64,000 nucleotides of DNA from Octopus sinensis (GCF_006345805.1 NW_021831839.1:1-64000), one strand, 5' to 3'; counted from the first letter of the stretch, positions 24,480 through 38,377 are shown. Numbers and translations are program-made. Notes: generated from the letters alone by a model not told the origin.

Positions 24480-25920
24480 TTGTTGTATAACCTGGTTTGG
24501 CCTAAATTATCCTATTTTAACTCATTGTTCTGGCTTTCCAGCCAATTTGAAAGTCTGTCCCAGTTTTTAATAATCTTGAAATATTTATTTGTTACTATCT
24601 TTATTATTTGACAGAAAGGTGCAAGACATTGGTGCTAATTAGTCTTACTAAACCCTAATGAAACACTTGTAGCAGGAACCCAGTTGAGACTCAAAATTAT
24701 AATCTTGTACTTCATTCATACACACGAAAAAGTCCAAATATTTAGAATTGTTCCTCCAGTTTCAAAAAAGAAGGAAACAGATGACCATTGGAAAACCAGA
24801 TTGTCCCTGGAGAAACTAACTAGTGACTGAGAATCTTGTGTTGAGACAAACTATGACATGTTCAAGTATTTATAATTGTTAACATTGGGCCTTATATTAC
24901 ATGCATTTTCCATGAGAAAGCCAGAAACACTGCAAAACTTGTTTGATTTAATTTGTCTTGCAAGTATCTCACCAAAAGTGGCTGCTAAAGAAGTTAATTT
25001 TGCTTTTCATACTGTTTCGCATGACTTGAATTTCAAAACATCTGACTGCTTATGAAAGATGATCTTCACACATTTTAGCCAAAGTTGCAGCTAGTCCTGA
25101 CAAAATGGGAACCTGTAAATTTTTATGCAAAATTTGGAAGGTGCTATATTGGCATTAAATGAAGCTGAGGTGTACATATTGTGCACAACTTCATGCCAAT
25201 TAATATCAAATAACTCATGAAAATATTAAAATATTTTCTAATATATACAGGTCATTTAATGTCTCTAAAAGAATTTTGTGACTTCGCCAGTGTGGGATAC
25301 AAAAACATAATACAACATGGTAATATATCAGCAGTTGAAATAATTCTTCACGTTTGTTCTAGCAGAATTCTGCTGGGACTGGCAAAACAGGAAGATATGT
25401 TTTTAGTTTGAATATGGATAGATCAATTTTTTCAAGAAACTGGAGTACAATACTAAGTAGCAGGAGAAAAAACTATGAATTTGTACCTCAAAACGGAAAG
25501 GTTTTGCAGAGAAACCAGGACAAAAAATTAGGAAAAGCATTGGAAAAGTGAAGAAAGAGTGTAAAAGGTTTTATGAAAGATGTCTCCCATACCTAACCTA
25601 TGGAAAGAGAACTTTAAACCAGCAGAAGACTGTTGTGGTTAGATATTTTGGCTAATTGTTTTACAGTCTACAGTTAAAATCAAAGGATTGAAAAGCAATT
25701 AGTAAACATTGGTCAGTTATTTGATGTGGCTGTTATTGCAAAGTCTTTGAGCTTCTAAAGCAGAAGTTTGGGCAACACAAAACTTTACGCATGTAAAATA
25801 GTGGCCAAATTATTTGCTCATTGCTAAGAGAAAATCTTAGTGCTGTAGTATGCATTCACTATCTACATAGTACTTTTGCACCAGTGCATATGTGGTCAGA
25901 AAAGAGGTGCAAGTTAAAGT
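24480..25920 (+). mobile_element. hAT (Blackjack-like) transposase remnant
   Basis: AAKEVNFAFHTVSHDLNFKTSDC, GVHIVHN (CxxH region), YFLIYTGHLMSLKEFCDFASVGYKNII, MWSEKRCKLKV. Heavily disrupted. Confidence 0.72.
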
Positions 25921-25970
25921 CAGTGGTTTTCTAATTACTAAATTAAACACCCACCTAAGCTGCTCAGATA

Positions 25971-26679
25971 TCTATATATATAAAACTCAACTTGTGTGTC
26001 TGTATGTGTATCTGTGTGTGTGTCTGTGCGTTTAACTTCCTGGCACATCTCCTCCTAGCCAACAAATCGTAGAACCACCAAAAATGGGTCACTTAAAGTT
26101 TAGGTGAATGTAAATTGAACTGCGCTATTTTTGTTCCGAAATTCATCTCGCAAGTGCAAAAATCGATAATGTGTTTGTTTAGGCCTTATCCCATGCATTG
26201 AATAGTGAACTTTACTCAGCTGTTTGACGTGAACTGTGTTCACCACGCGTGCAGGCATGTGTAAATTGCATGAAAAATAAAAAATCAAGATATAAAAATG
26301 AATCGCTGTAAACATTGTAGAAATTTGGCAAAGAAATGAATTTTCGGGATGTAGCCTGGAGGGTTTTTTCATATTAATCATTTGGACTTTGTGAACACAC
26401 CAATTGTTTTCATAACATTTTTAACGCTTTGAATTAAATGTGACCATTTTGCATTGTGTCTGCAGTTTGAATCACTTTAACCAAATTTTAGCAGGCCGGA
26501 TTTTTGATCATCACAATACATCGCCAGCGACTCCCTGAAACTCTCCCCTGAAATCCCCGTTGAGAGATCTATATATATAAAACTCAACTTATGTGTCTGT
26601 GTGTGTATCTGTGTTTGTGTGTTTAACTTTTGGATCTACCAAGTTTCATTATTAAGGATAGAAAGTAGTGTGTAGCAAA
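25971..26679 (+). mobile_element. Two truncated non-autonomous Helitron-type 5' ends
   Basis: A|TCTATATATATAAAACTCAACTT followed by a (GT/CT) microsatellite at 25971 and at 26568. No 3' CTAG found for either. Confidence 0.6.
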
Positions 26680-27067
26680 TCTATATATATAAAGCTGAAG
26701 TTGTCTGTTGTGGCAGGTTTGGTAGCCTTCAACTAACTCTATCTCCTTCGAGACCCTGCAGCACAAGTTGACCAAAATTGAGAGTATAATAGATGAAGGC
26801 TTGCTCTTCATTCTGTAGAAGATAAAATTCAAATCGGACCATGTTAACACCAAAAATTATTTACATCAAAAAGGTGCTTTTTTTCTATGAAAATCCCTAT
26901 TTTTTATGATTTTTGACTGCTGTGTCACTATTTTTCGGTGTATTTCAACTGGAAAAATGTTTACTTGAAGAGAATAACAAGTTGCATAATGCAAAATTTT
27001 TACTTTTCAAAAATTCCAATTCTAAAGGGTTGAAACAAACCCAAGCAACACCAGGTGATACTGCTAG
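26680..27067 (+). mobile_element. Complete non-autonomous Helitron
   Basis: A|TC at the 5' end, decayed 3' hairpin CCAAGCAACACCAGG, CTAG|T at 27064-27068, AT target site. Confidence 0.8.
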
Positions 27068-29189
27068 TTTTTGATAAAATTTAAAATATCAAATTTCCTA
27101 TGAAAATATTTCCAAAAGAACAGTATGAAAGTAGTTGGCAGTTGAATAAGATGTTACTTGTCAATAGAAACAGATAATTGTATACACTTATTCTATCAGG
27201 TAAAGAACTAGCTGCTTTGTACATCTGATTCCTGTCGCTTTGTCTCATACCCAGCTGTTAAACCTTCTAAGTGAGAAAGATCAATCATATATCTTACCAG
27301 TTCACATGTATCACTTCAGTACTTGCCAGGAATTGCCTTCATATAAGAACAAAATAGGCAGTTATGTTAATACATTTGCAGAGAAAAGTCCTCCAGATGG
27401 CCCACTCTTCTTTAACACCCATCCCATATGCTGTAACTCTTCATCATTCATGGTATTTCCACTGTCCCAAGTTTCAGTTCCTATAATCCTGGTTTCAATC
27501 TAAAAAAAAAGTGAGTCTACACTCACACACACTTGCACGCACAAACATATATAGTTTAAAGAAAATAAACGTTAAAAAGGTCAACGCAGGAAGAAAGAAA
27601 GTTCGATAACTATGTTATTGTTTTAATGCTTGTATATATATGTCATATATATATATATCATATATATAATATATATATGTATGTTGTTTAATGTACTTAG
27701 TATATATTTTCATATATTGAAGATATTATCTAGTCAAGTTTTAAAGCATGCCTATGTTTGGTGAAAAAAATGGAAAAAGAAAGGTAAAAAAGAATTAGTT
27801 ACATTCCCTTTGACTGTAGAATCATAAGGCTAGATGAGGCAGAATCATTGGAAGGGGTCTAAAGTGTACAAAACAGCTTCTCATTCTGGTGAGGTTGGTA
27901 TTCTCCAGTTTGCCAAAAGAAACTTTGCCATATGTTTACATTTGCTGAAAATTTCTGATCTGGAATTCAACAGTGTGGTGGAAGTTTTAGATCTAAAAAG
28001 GATGTGTAAAACTGCATAACTTTCATTTGTTTTATCCATTAACATATGACATGGATTTTTCTATAGTTTTCCACTTGATTGTATGTGGTGTGGAGTGTGT
28101 CGTAAAACCCATATATGGCTAGCTGACTTAGTTTTGTCCATGTGCCGGAAAAACATAGGTGTTCAGTGTGGCATTTTTTGAAGTTGCCTTTATACAACCT
28201 GATGTAATTCTTCTTTTTAGTTATGTTGTCATATAGTGTAACTGTAATTTCTGCTTCATATAAGATGAAGTTTATTGGGCACCCCTAGTTGAGTGGACAA
28301 CGAATGGACAAGCTTCAGAGTCTCAGCAGTTATAACTGGAAGTGGGCTCTTGGTGGTGGTTATGGATGATGATGCTCTTTATATTGGGGGCAGCAGCTTT
28401 ATGATAATTTATTTATCTGTTAAAGATCTTTCTGTACTTGTGATTTTCTGAGAAACGCTTATCTAAGAGAGAGAGAGGAATTTTTAAACTAAATTAGCTT
28501 TAACATTTTGGGAGAGTGAGGGCAAACCAAATTAATTTCCTATTCTAAGGTGCATCTTTTATTATTCATATTATTACTAGAAAAGTTGTAACATAAATTA
28601 TCTTTGAAGCTACCATTACCTAGGACATTTTCATAGTAAGAGGCTCATCAAAAATCTCTTTAGTGGAAGAGAGGTTAAATATCCTGCTATTAATGTTTAG
28701 CTATCAGGTTTCTAAACCTGGTAGCAAAACTGCTTGTGAGTGCAGTTAAGTTTCTTGTTGCGTTTATGATATGGTTTATTAGAGTGAAAGTTTAGATCTC
28801 GGGAAACATCTTAAAATTGACTTTTAACAAATCGGTCATGACTGTGATTTTGAGGCTTAATTGACTAAAGGTAGTGAGTATGATCATTGCGGCCATGAGA
28901 AATTCCCAATCCATTGTTTAGGTGTAGACCAACATTGTGGGATGGGGACATTGAACAATTCATTTGTATCAGATTTCTTAATCCATGGCTATCACTTACT
29001 TATCTACTTGCCCTCTTATTTCAGTCACACTCTTACTATCCTCTCTCACTCATGCTATTTCCCCCAACACTGTTCTGTCTAACTATTCAGCTGGTAAAGT
29101 CTCTTTCACCTTACAGTGTAGAAGGCAATCACTACTAAAATTTCACTCATATCATTCTATAAAGTGGTTGATGAGCTGTCTAGGATTAG

Positions 29190-29450
29190 TTAATAACTTA
29201 TATTACCTAATTAATGAAAAGGGCAGGGGATCAGAGAGCATAGTAGTAAAGGTAAGAACTGATTGGAAGAAGTTCAGAAAGTTATGACCTCTGCTGGCAA
29301 CAAAGGGTTTTTTTCTCAGAGTGTAAGATGGATTACATGATGCTTGTATATGAAGTGTGATGCTGTTTAAAAGTGAGACATGGGCCTCTTTGAGTGCAAA
29401 TTTATGAAGAGTAGAATTAAATGAACTGAACATAGTCTGCTGGATGTGTA
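29190..29450 (+). mobile_element. Decayed RTE-X internal fragment
   Basis: GSESIVVKVRTDWKKFRKL...KSETW matches 61520-61690. Confidence 0.7.
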
Positions 29451-32102
29451 ATAGTATACTATACTAGTGTAAGTATAGCATATACTATACTAGTGTAAGT
29501 ATAGTATCATATATTATGTTTGCAAAATGATATAATCTGACCTTGCCAGCAATTTATATGTGTGTACTGTTTGCCAGGAATGCGTTTAATATGTAAATTA
29601 GTCTATCCAGTTGTGTCACACTGTTGAACATATTGGGTATTGAAGCAATGTATCCATGGACTGTTGGTGGGTTAGATGTGGTATTAATGAAAGAGCAATA
29701 ACTCTTGAAATATGTAAATACACCCATTACCTTCATTTTCTCTCTTCAATTGCATTGTTTACATAGACATATTCATTCGCAAATGTTGTAACTGGCAGTG
29801 CTGATTCTGGAAAGCTATCACTATAAAGCACCATAGGAGGGAGACAAGTACAGTTTGACAATACAAGAATACACTGTTTGCTTTATCATTTTTTTGTCAA
29901 AATCATATTTCATTTGAAAGTTTTCTATGTGAACTTTCTTCTCATATAATTTGAATCAAAATCCGACTCATGGCATTTTATGCCATTTTCCTTCAATCAC
30001 CCTGGTATCTCCACCCATTCACAAAGTTTGTCCTTTTTTTTTTTTATTTTGACTACTGAAAGGTAGCTCTCATCTTTGTTCAGTGTGCTGGAGCACTATA
30101 ACTTGATTCTTTTGCAGACCATACTGTCATGAAAAGGACTTTTACTGCTTTATTTTGATATAAAAATCAATGAAAGTAGGTCAAATATTCCCTATGACAT
30201 ATAAAAGTGAAAATGTTATCATCAACTTTCACTTAGAAAATAGTACATTTTCTTCAAGATTTTTATGTCATAAGAAAGAAAAATTACTTGCCAGTTAGAT
30301 ATGATCATTGCTGAATCTGGCCACAGTATGGTGAAAAAGTGCAAAGTCAATAAAGAAAATGGTACACTGACACTACTAGTCTCTGTGGTGAGAGGTTAAA
30401 CAGAACACAAATCTGAGGTTTCAGAATCCAAGGCTCTGGTTTGGGCCAGTGTTTCAAGAAATGAACTAATTACTAAGTAAACATATTTCTATAGAAAAAT
30501 GCACTAAAATGAGCTGCTTCAGACTTCTAGAACCCATAATTAGCATAGAATGATTGTATTGTGAATCTTTATTCCCTCTTGTTGTGTAACAAAGTGTGAA
30601 GATTGATGTCTGAATTATACCTTGTGGATATTCTTGTACATGTAAATTTCATTGAGAAATATTGGTCAAATTTTGCAAACACAATTATATTGTACAATGA
30701 ATATTATTTTGTAGACTATTTAGGTTCAATATGAAGCATTTTCTTTCCCAATTTTGAATATAGTTGGATAATTTGTAGTAGTGTTTACATAGTCATTTTA
30801 GGTTTTTGTCTCTCTCTCCTACTAACAAGTTTGCTATGTTACAGATGTTTTTAATATCTTTAATTCAAGCTTTTAATGCTAAAGCAAGGAATTAGATTTT
30901 ACATTTTGTTTGTCTTTTAATCTGGGTCTACATGCAATTCTGAGAAAGGTGCCAGGTCATCATGTCATGTGCTAGAAGCAACAGCTAAATCTTCTGTAAA
31001 TCATACACTTTTTCATTTGAAAATGTTTTCAAAGATCATTTCATAACCCAAACGTTTCTCTTGTTTTTTTAAGTGCATTGTACAGAAAAAAGAGACCAAA
31101 ATCAGTCCAGAGGGGAGGAAAGGAGGTTGGAAAAAATCATAGATTTTCAATAAATTTTTCTATAACATACCTTGCCCTGTCATATCCAAGGCGGTGGTGA
31201 AAAGAAAATTGGAAAAATCCCCATCAAAATTCAGCTTAGATGGACATCCTGACCCCAACTCTGCTGCTTATAGCTATTTTTAATAGCCCATTAAAATTGT
31301 ATTGAAATGGTGTCATGATCCCAAATCTCAGGATTTATTTAGCTTGTATCTATTACAAATATGCCAAAACTCAAGTCCTTGTGACTCGTACTTTTGAATT
31401 TAGCTAAGTCTGAAAACCCTGAAATTGACTGTTTGTTACATGTAACAAAATAGGTTTTACATAAATATTTTTAAAATTGCTCCCAAAACAAAGTTTTATA
31501 TTCAAAAACCTGAAAAAAAATAGAAAGAAAAAGAAAGCCACCTATTTGTGTAATACAAGTTGGTTATCACCTCAGTTTCAAAGATATATTACAAAATGGT
31601 CAATTATTCATGTAGGCTAATTAGGCAAGATTTTAACAAATTCACTGGACACCCAAGTCATCATATCTCCTAAAATATTCATTCAAATTTCACAAATGAG
31701 GTATCAAAATGTTTGTTTTTGGATGCTCTCCAAGAAAATGTACAGTAGAAATTACATTTAAATAGTTTCAAAAATTCATAGTGACCCCTATAGAAAATCA
31801 TATTTTACTTGGATGTTCTGAGGTATTTGAAAGAGAGAGTGTAATGGAAGATGCTAAAGATATGACTAAACAAAACACTGTTTTTTCTTTGCATTTTTTA
31901 GATTAACTGTGTCTAGTATTTTTATTACTTATCCTCTATACTGCTCTTCCTAATTTCACCATGATAATACTTGCTCATGGGTTCCTGTTTTTGCAAAGAC
32001 AAGTTCCTATGATTTATGTTGAATTATTTTTTACACTATTATTTTGCATCACGGACTATTTGTAGAAATTGTTCCTATCAGTATTTATCATTTTCTTTGT
32101 AG

Positions 32103-32160
32103 ATAATGGAATTTAACCCGTTATATTTGAAATACTTGTTCCTTGCACAATGCTTCTGTG
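32103..32160 (+). CDS. Signal-peptide exon of a putative Ig-superfamily secreted or membrane protein (ATG at 32106)
   Basis: Acceptor TCATTTTCTTTGTAG, donor G|GTAAGT, ATG with A at -3 and G at +4. Encodes MEFNPLYLKYLFLAQCFC plus a phase-1 G. Confidence 0.62.
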
Positions 32161-32454
32161 GTAAGTAACAATATGTCTCTTATATAAACATTTTTATTCA
32201 GAATTTTTAATTGTCATAAATTTGTATCCACTGTAGAATTTAATCATAACTATTGCTGTTTGATCCTAAGGCCAGTGCTGATAAATTATGTTTAAAGGTG
32301 TTGCATATGTTGATATTTCATATTGTTTTTGCAGCTTCATTTTCCATTATTAAGGTGATAAGTGGTGATTTGAGGTGAATTTGGCTGCTATTTCTAGCAG
32401 ATTGACTTGAACCTGACTAGCCTACATCTATTTTCATGGCTACTATATATTGGC

Positions 32455-32602
32455 ACAGTTATAGAGCTTAGAAGTTTGTGTTCCAAACAACTAGCTTTGG
32501 GTTCAGTTTCACTGCATGGCACCTTAAGCAAGTATGTTATACTATAGCTCCAGATCAACCAAAGCATTCTGAGTAGATGTGGCAGATAACTGAAAGCCCA
32601 TC

Positions 32603-32605
<3 letters not shown>
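32455..32605 (+). mobile_element. SINE 5' half, same family as 9717-10092
   Basis: GGGTTCAGTTTCACTGCATGGCACCTTAAGCAAGT...GAAAGCCCATCAT then (TA)n. Confidence 0.75.
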
Positions 32606-32655
<50 letters not shown>

Positions 32656-32749
32656 TGAGAAAGCACGTGGTTGAATATATAGAAAATAGTAAAAAGTGAA
32701 AAAACTACAGAAGGCTTGTTTTAAAAGGTTAAAAAATATATTTAGTTAG

Positions 32750-34735
32750 TTAGTTAGTTAGTTAATTTGGCTCAAAAGCAAATAGCAAGGCCATGTAGGG
32801 GGACATGGAGTTAAGTACAGGGTGGTGTTCATGTAAAGAGTTCAGGCCACTTGAGGTCCAGGGAGGCTTTGAACAAAGCGGTCGTCGGCATCTTCACCAT
32901 CTCGTCTGGCAGCTTGTTCCACGGATCTGCAACCCGGACGGAGAAAGTTCCTCTCCTTCGATTGAGATGAAATCGTCGCAGGTAGAGCTTTTCGGAATGA
33001 CCCCGCAGCCAACGCTCCGGAGCAGGAGTGAAGAACAGCTCTTTCGAGAGGTTACACTTCCCGCTTATGATGTTGTGGGCGAGAATGAGATCACCACGGC
33101 GGCAGCGTTTTTCAAGAGAACAAAGGTCGAGCGTCCTCAGCCTTTCTTCATAGGACAAATTTTTGAGACCATGAACCATGCGGGTAGCCAGCCTCTGGAC
33201 TCTTTCGAGGTGCTGTATGTCTTTGAGGAGATAAGGAGAAGAGGCTTGAATCCCATACTCCAATATGGGTCTCACCAGCGTGACATAGAGTGGCAGGAAT
33301 ATGGCTGCTGTGAGCATTCCGAATGACCGTCGAATCAAAAACAGAATTCCGCGCGCTTTGTTGGCAGCATGGACGCACTGGGCCGAAGGCGAAAAGGAGG
33401 AATCCACCAAGATACTCAGGTCCTTTACCTGATCGGTCCTCTCCAGCAGCAGACGACCCGGCTCGAAATCAAGTTGAGTTGCAGGAGTAGAGCCGACAGG
33501 CAGATGACAGCACTTTGACACGTTCAGACACAGGTCCCAATCGTTAGACCACTTCCAAATTTGGTGGAGGCATCGACGAAGATCCTCTATACTACCGCGA
33601 GGAGCGACCAGTTTGATATTGTCGGCAAATAGAAGGGTGTGTTCCGTGAGGTCGTCGGGCAAGTCGTTTATGAAGACTAAGAACAACAAGGGCCCAAGCA
33701 CTGAACCTTGAGGCACGCCACTGCTCGCACTGGAGACGTTGGACCGTGAACCATTAACTTGAACTTGGAAGGAGCGATCTGAGAGGAAGGCACCAACCCA
33801 TCGTACAATATCCGGATGGAAACTATATGCTTGAAGCTTGACAAGTAGTAGGCGGTGGTTTACCGAGTCAAAAGCTTTGGCAAAGTCCAATAAAACGATG
33901 TCAACAGCATCACTATCATCGAGGATGCGCGTCACCAATTCTTCCATTACTAGTAAGTTGGTCAAGCATGATCTCTTCGGCACGAAGCCGTGTTGGGAAT
34001 CAGTGATCGAGGCTGTGTTTAGGAGGTGGAGCATCATACTTTTCTTAAGGATGGTTTCGAACATCTTGCTGATTATTGATGTAAGGGAAACCGGTCGGTA
34101 GTTAAGCGGGCCTTCGCGGCTCCCTTTCTTGAAAATTGGGCAGATTATCGCTGTTCTCCAGTCTGCAGGTATAACACCCGTCGCCAATGACATATTGAAT
34201 AGTCGTGTTAAGGGCTCGCAAATGACCGGAGCCAACGCTTTGATAACCAGTGGGTGTATGCCGTCAGGGCCGTGATCCTTGTTGACATCGAGGCCTTGAA
34301 TAACACGTTTGACTTGGTCCCGCGTGATGATCAATCGAAGCATTGGAGGTACCGATCTATCAAATGGAGGGGGTTCACGACCATCATCTTGTTTGAAAAT
34401 AGTTGAAAAAGCCTCAGCAAATAATTGACTCTGTTGATAAGGATCCTCAATCGATACGCCTGTTGAGTCTACCAACGTTGCAATCTGGTTGTTCAAGCGG
34501 GAATTCCGCTGGACATGGGCAAAGAAGGTTTTGGGATTGCTACTGGCATTTGCCGCGATTTTGTATTCATAACTGAAGCGTTCCTTCTTTTCAATTTTCA
34601 CGGCTCGGTCTCGTTGAGTTTTGTACACCTCAAAAGCTGCAGTCGAATCCAGATTTTTGAATTCAGCCCAAGCAATATCTCTGAGTCGACGTTCTCGTTT
34701 AACCTTCTTCGTCACCCAGGGCTTGTGTTTCTTCT
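32750..34735 (-). mobile_element. Young CR1-clade LINE, 5'-truncated, with an uninterrupted 628-codon RT ORF (32829-34715)
   Basis: LDFAKAFDSV, SGVPQGSVLGP, FADN (catalytic YxDD altered), LERVQRLATRMV, WNKLP. (CTAA)n tail. CpG-rich. Confidence 0.95.
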
Positions 34736-34744
34736 CCTTATCTC

Positions 34745-35250
34745 CTCAAGCTTCTTCTCCTTATCTCCTCAAAGACATACATCATCTCGAAAGAGTCCAG
34801 AAGCTGGCTACCTGCATGGTTCTTGGTCTCAAGCATTTGTCTTATGAAGAAAGGCTGAAGACGCTCGACCTTTATTCTCTCGAAAAACACAGCCACCGTG
34901 GTTATCTCATTCTCACTCACAACATCATAAGCGGAAAGTGTAACCTCTCAAAAGAGCTGTTCTTCACTCCTGCTCCAGAGCGTGGGTTGCAGGGTCACTC
35001 CGAAAAGCTCTATTTATGACGATTTCATCTCAATTGAAGGAGAGGGGCTTTCTCCGTCCGGGTTGAGGATCCGTGGAATAAGCTGCCGGATGAGATAGTG
35101 AAGATGCCGATGACTGCTCGGTTCAAAGTCTCTCTTGACCAGAAATAGCCTGAACTCTTTGTATGACCACCCTCCCTGTACATATCTCTCTGTCCCCCTA
35201 CATGGCCTTGCTTTTGCTTTTTGAGCCAATAAAAATTGAATTGAATTGAA
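34745..35250 (+). mobile_element. Older 3' fragment of the same CR1 family in opposite orientation
   Basis: About 85-90% similar by eye to the reverse complement of 32765-33245, with stop codons. (AATTG)n tail. Confidence 0.92.
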
Positions 35251-35257
35251 AAAATAC

Positions 35258-37662
35258 TCTGCCAGAACCTTGGACCCTACACTACAAAAATGTTTTGCTG
35301 TTTTTACCAAGTTTGCCCTCAGTAGCTGCCCAAACTCCTCTGCTGAAAGCTTCCCTGGAATTATATCAGGGAAGCTTTGTATACCACATCAATAGATACT
35401 TTCGGCATGAGAGAAAGGCAAAACCCAGATTGGTTCAGTGCTGAGCTCTCAGCTGGAAACAGTTATCGAAGCAAAGTGTGCAGCTCTGATGCAATACAAG
35501 AGTGATTCTTCTACAAAGTCACTCAAAGAACTCAGAAAGGCAAGAAATAAAACCCAACTGACTGCCAGACGCCATGCAAATAGGTACTGGCAGGAAATCT
35601 GTCAGAGTATCCAGTCAGCTGCTGACGGTGGTGACACCTGTGGGATGTATGCCGGTTTGAGAAGGCCCTCGGTCCATCCGCAACTAAGTCAGCCCCTCTG
35701 AAATCAACTACTGGAGATCTCATCAAGGACCAAATCAAGCAAATGGATAGATTAGTGGAGTACTACCAGGATCTCTACTCACGGGAGACCACGGTAGCTG
35801 AGTCTGCAATCGAGGATGTCAAGATCTTCCCAGTCATGTGTGAACTTGACAGTCTGCCATCTATAGCAGAACTCACCAAGGCTATTGACTCCCTAGCAAG
35901 AAATAATGCTCCGGGAAAAGATGGCATCCCCTCAGAGATCATCAAAACCGGCAAAAACACCATCCTGCTTCAGCACCTTCATGAGCTTCTGTATCAGTGC
36001 TGGGAAGAGGGTACAGTCGCTCAGGATATGCAGGATGCTAACATCATTACACTTTGCAAAAACAAAGGTGACCGTGGTAATTGTAACAATTACCGTGGAA
36101 TATCTCTTCTAAGCACTGTTGGAAAGACCTTTGCTCACGTTATCCTGTCCAGGCTACAACTGCTTACTTCTCAAATTTATTCAGAATCACAGTGTGGCTT
36201 TAGAAGAAGCAGATCAACTATTGACATGATATTCTCCATACTTCAGGAGAAGTCCAGACAGCAGAAAATGTCATTAGATATGGTCTTCATTGATCTGACA
36301 AAAGCCTTTGACTTGGTAAGTAGAAAAGTCCTCTTCATCCTGCTCCAATAAATCGGATGTCCACTAAAGCTGCTGGGGATCATCAAATCTTTCCATGATG
36401 ATATGCAAGACATCATACAGCACAACGATTCAACATCAGCCGCCTTCCAAATAAAAAATGGGGTAAAGCAAGGTTGTTCCTTGCTCTTATATTATTTGGC
36501 ATCTTCTTCTCACTGCTGCTGTCACATGCCTTTGAGACATCAGATGATGGAATCTTTCTGTACAGTAGAAGTGATGGGAAACTGTTCACTCTCTCGCGTC
36601 TGTGTGCCAAGACCAAAATCAAAAGTGTCCTGATCAAGGAAATACTATTTGCTGATGATGCCGCTCTGGTATCACACACAGAAGAAGCCTTGCAAAGGCT
36701 TATCAACTGTTTTGAGCAAGCATGTAGTGACTTTGGCTTAGTTATCAGCCTCAAGAAGACCAACATCATGGGTCAGGCTACATAGGACATCCCAAACACA
36801 CATATTGGAGACCACAGACTACAGGAAGTGGAGAAGTTTACTTATTTTGGCTCTACCGTCACCTACAACCTATCCCTTGATGCTGAGCTAAATATACGCA
36901 TTGGCAAGGCAGATGCTGTGATGGCCCAACTCTCCAAATGGGCATGGGACAACAATAAGCTGACCAAGACCACAAAAATGAAGATTTACCAGGCATGTGT
37001 ACTTAGCACTCTACTGTATGGAAGTGAGTCTTGGACACCATATACACGCCAAGAGCGTCGCCTAAATATCTTTCACCTGCACTGCCTCTGGAAAATCCTT
37101 CTCATCAAATGGCAGGACCATGTCTCCAACAAAGATATCCTCAAGCAAGCAGGAATACCAAGCTTGTTTGCACTCCTCACACAAAGACGTATGAGGTGGC
37201 TTGGACATGTTAGCCATATGGAAGATGGCAGAATCCCCAAGGACATACTCTATGGAGAGCTTGCTTGGGGCACTAGGTCTGTGGGAAGACAGTTCTTACG
37301 ATACAAGGATGTTTGCAAAAGGGACATGAAGGCCTGCAACATTAATATAACCAACTGGGAAGCAGTTGCCAGCAACCGTGGAGATTGGCGACGTACTGTA
37401 AAAGAGGGAACACAAAGGAGTGACATAGAGAGAGAGGAGAAATGGAAAAACAAGAAAAGATTTCAAGAAGAAACTATGACATTACAACCAGCCAGGCAAA
37501 GTCTTCGCTACATTTGTGGCACCTGCTTGAGGGATTGTTTGTCCAGTATAGGACTACACAGCCAAAGCAGGAGATGTATTAGGACATGAAATGTAAAAGC
37601 CAGACTAGATTATTTTATATGCAACTCCATTGTCTCGCGAGACTAAAAGGATGCCAACAACA
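35258..37662 (+). mobile_element. RTE (BovB-like) LINE copy A, 5'-truncated
   Basis: APGKDGIP, YRGISLLS, FIDLTKAFD, LFADDAAL, RMRWLGHV, C-terminal CGTCLRDCLSSIGLHSQ, tail GATGCC(AAC)n. Paralog of 57570-60510. Confidence 0.95.
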
Positions 37663-37734
37663 ATATATATGGATTTCGTAGACAGGAACTGAAACAAATC
37701 AACTGTATATATATATATATATGTATGTATATAT

Positions 37735-37870
37735 GTAAGTGTATGTGTGTGTCTTTGTGTTTCACCCTCATCACTGCTGTTCATTTATTTACATCCACAC
37801 AACCGACTGTTTTCACAAGAACAAACTAATAGAATAAGTACCAGGCTTATCGACATAAATAAAGCACTAG
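37735..37870 (+). mobile_element. SINE internal fragment
   Basis: ...ATAGAATAAGTACCAGGCTT... matches 9970-9990. Confidence 0.55.
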
Positions 37871-37924
37871 GCTGTGTCTCATATTTTTGTTTGCCCACTC
37901 AGTTGTATCTATCAATTTGTCTTT

Positions 37925-38067
37925 TTATGTGTGTGTGTGTGTATATCTATATGTATTTATGTATGTATGTATGTATGTATGTATGTATGTATGTATGTAT
38001 GTATGTATGTATGTATGAATGTATGTATGTAACTATCTATCTATATATCTATCTATCTATCTATCTA

Positions 38068-38122
<55 letters not shown>
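37925..38122. repeat. Compound (TG)(TATG)(TATC)(TA) microsatellite
   Basis: Direct reading. Confidence 0.98.
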
Positions 38123-38129
<7 letters not shown>

Positions 38130-38337
38130 GAAAAAAACCATCTTTTATCAATTCAAAATGAACAATTAAATTACACCCTTTAGAAAGTTACCTATAATAG
38201 AAATATTAACATTAAAATAGCAATAAAATGTCAATGATTAAGTAAATTGCTAAAAAATAAAATAATAATATATATTATATTGTGTGAAACTTGATTTAGT
38301 ACTTCTAAATAAGTTTTGGATTTTATTTCCTCAAATA

Positions 38338-38369
<32 letters not shown>

Positions 38370-38377
<8 letters not shown>

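Noticed and set aside
32805-33326. 173-aa plus-strand ORF
   Set aside because: Antisense shadow of the CR1 ORF.
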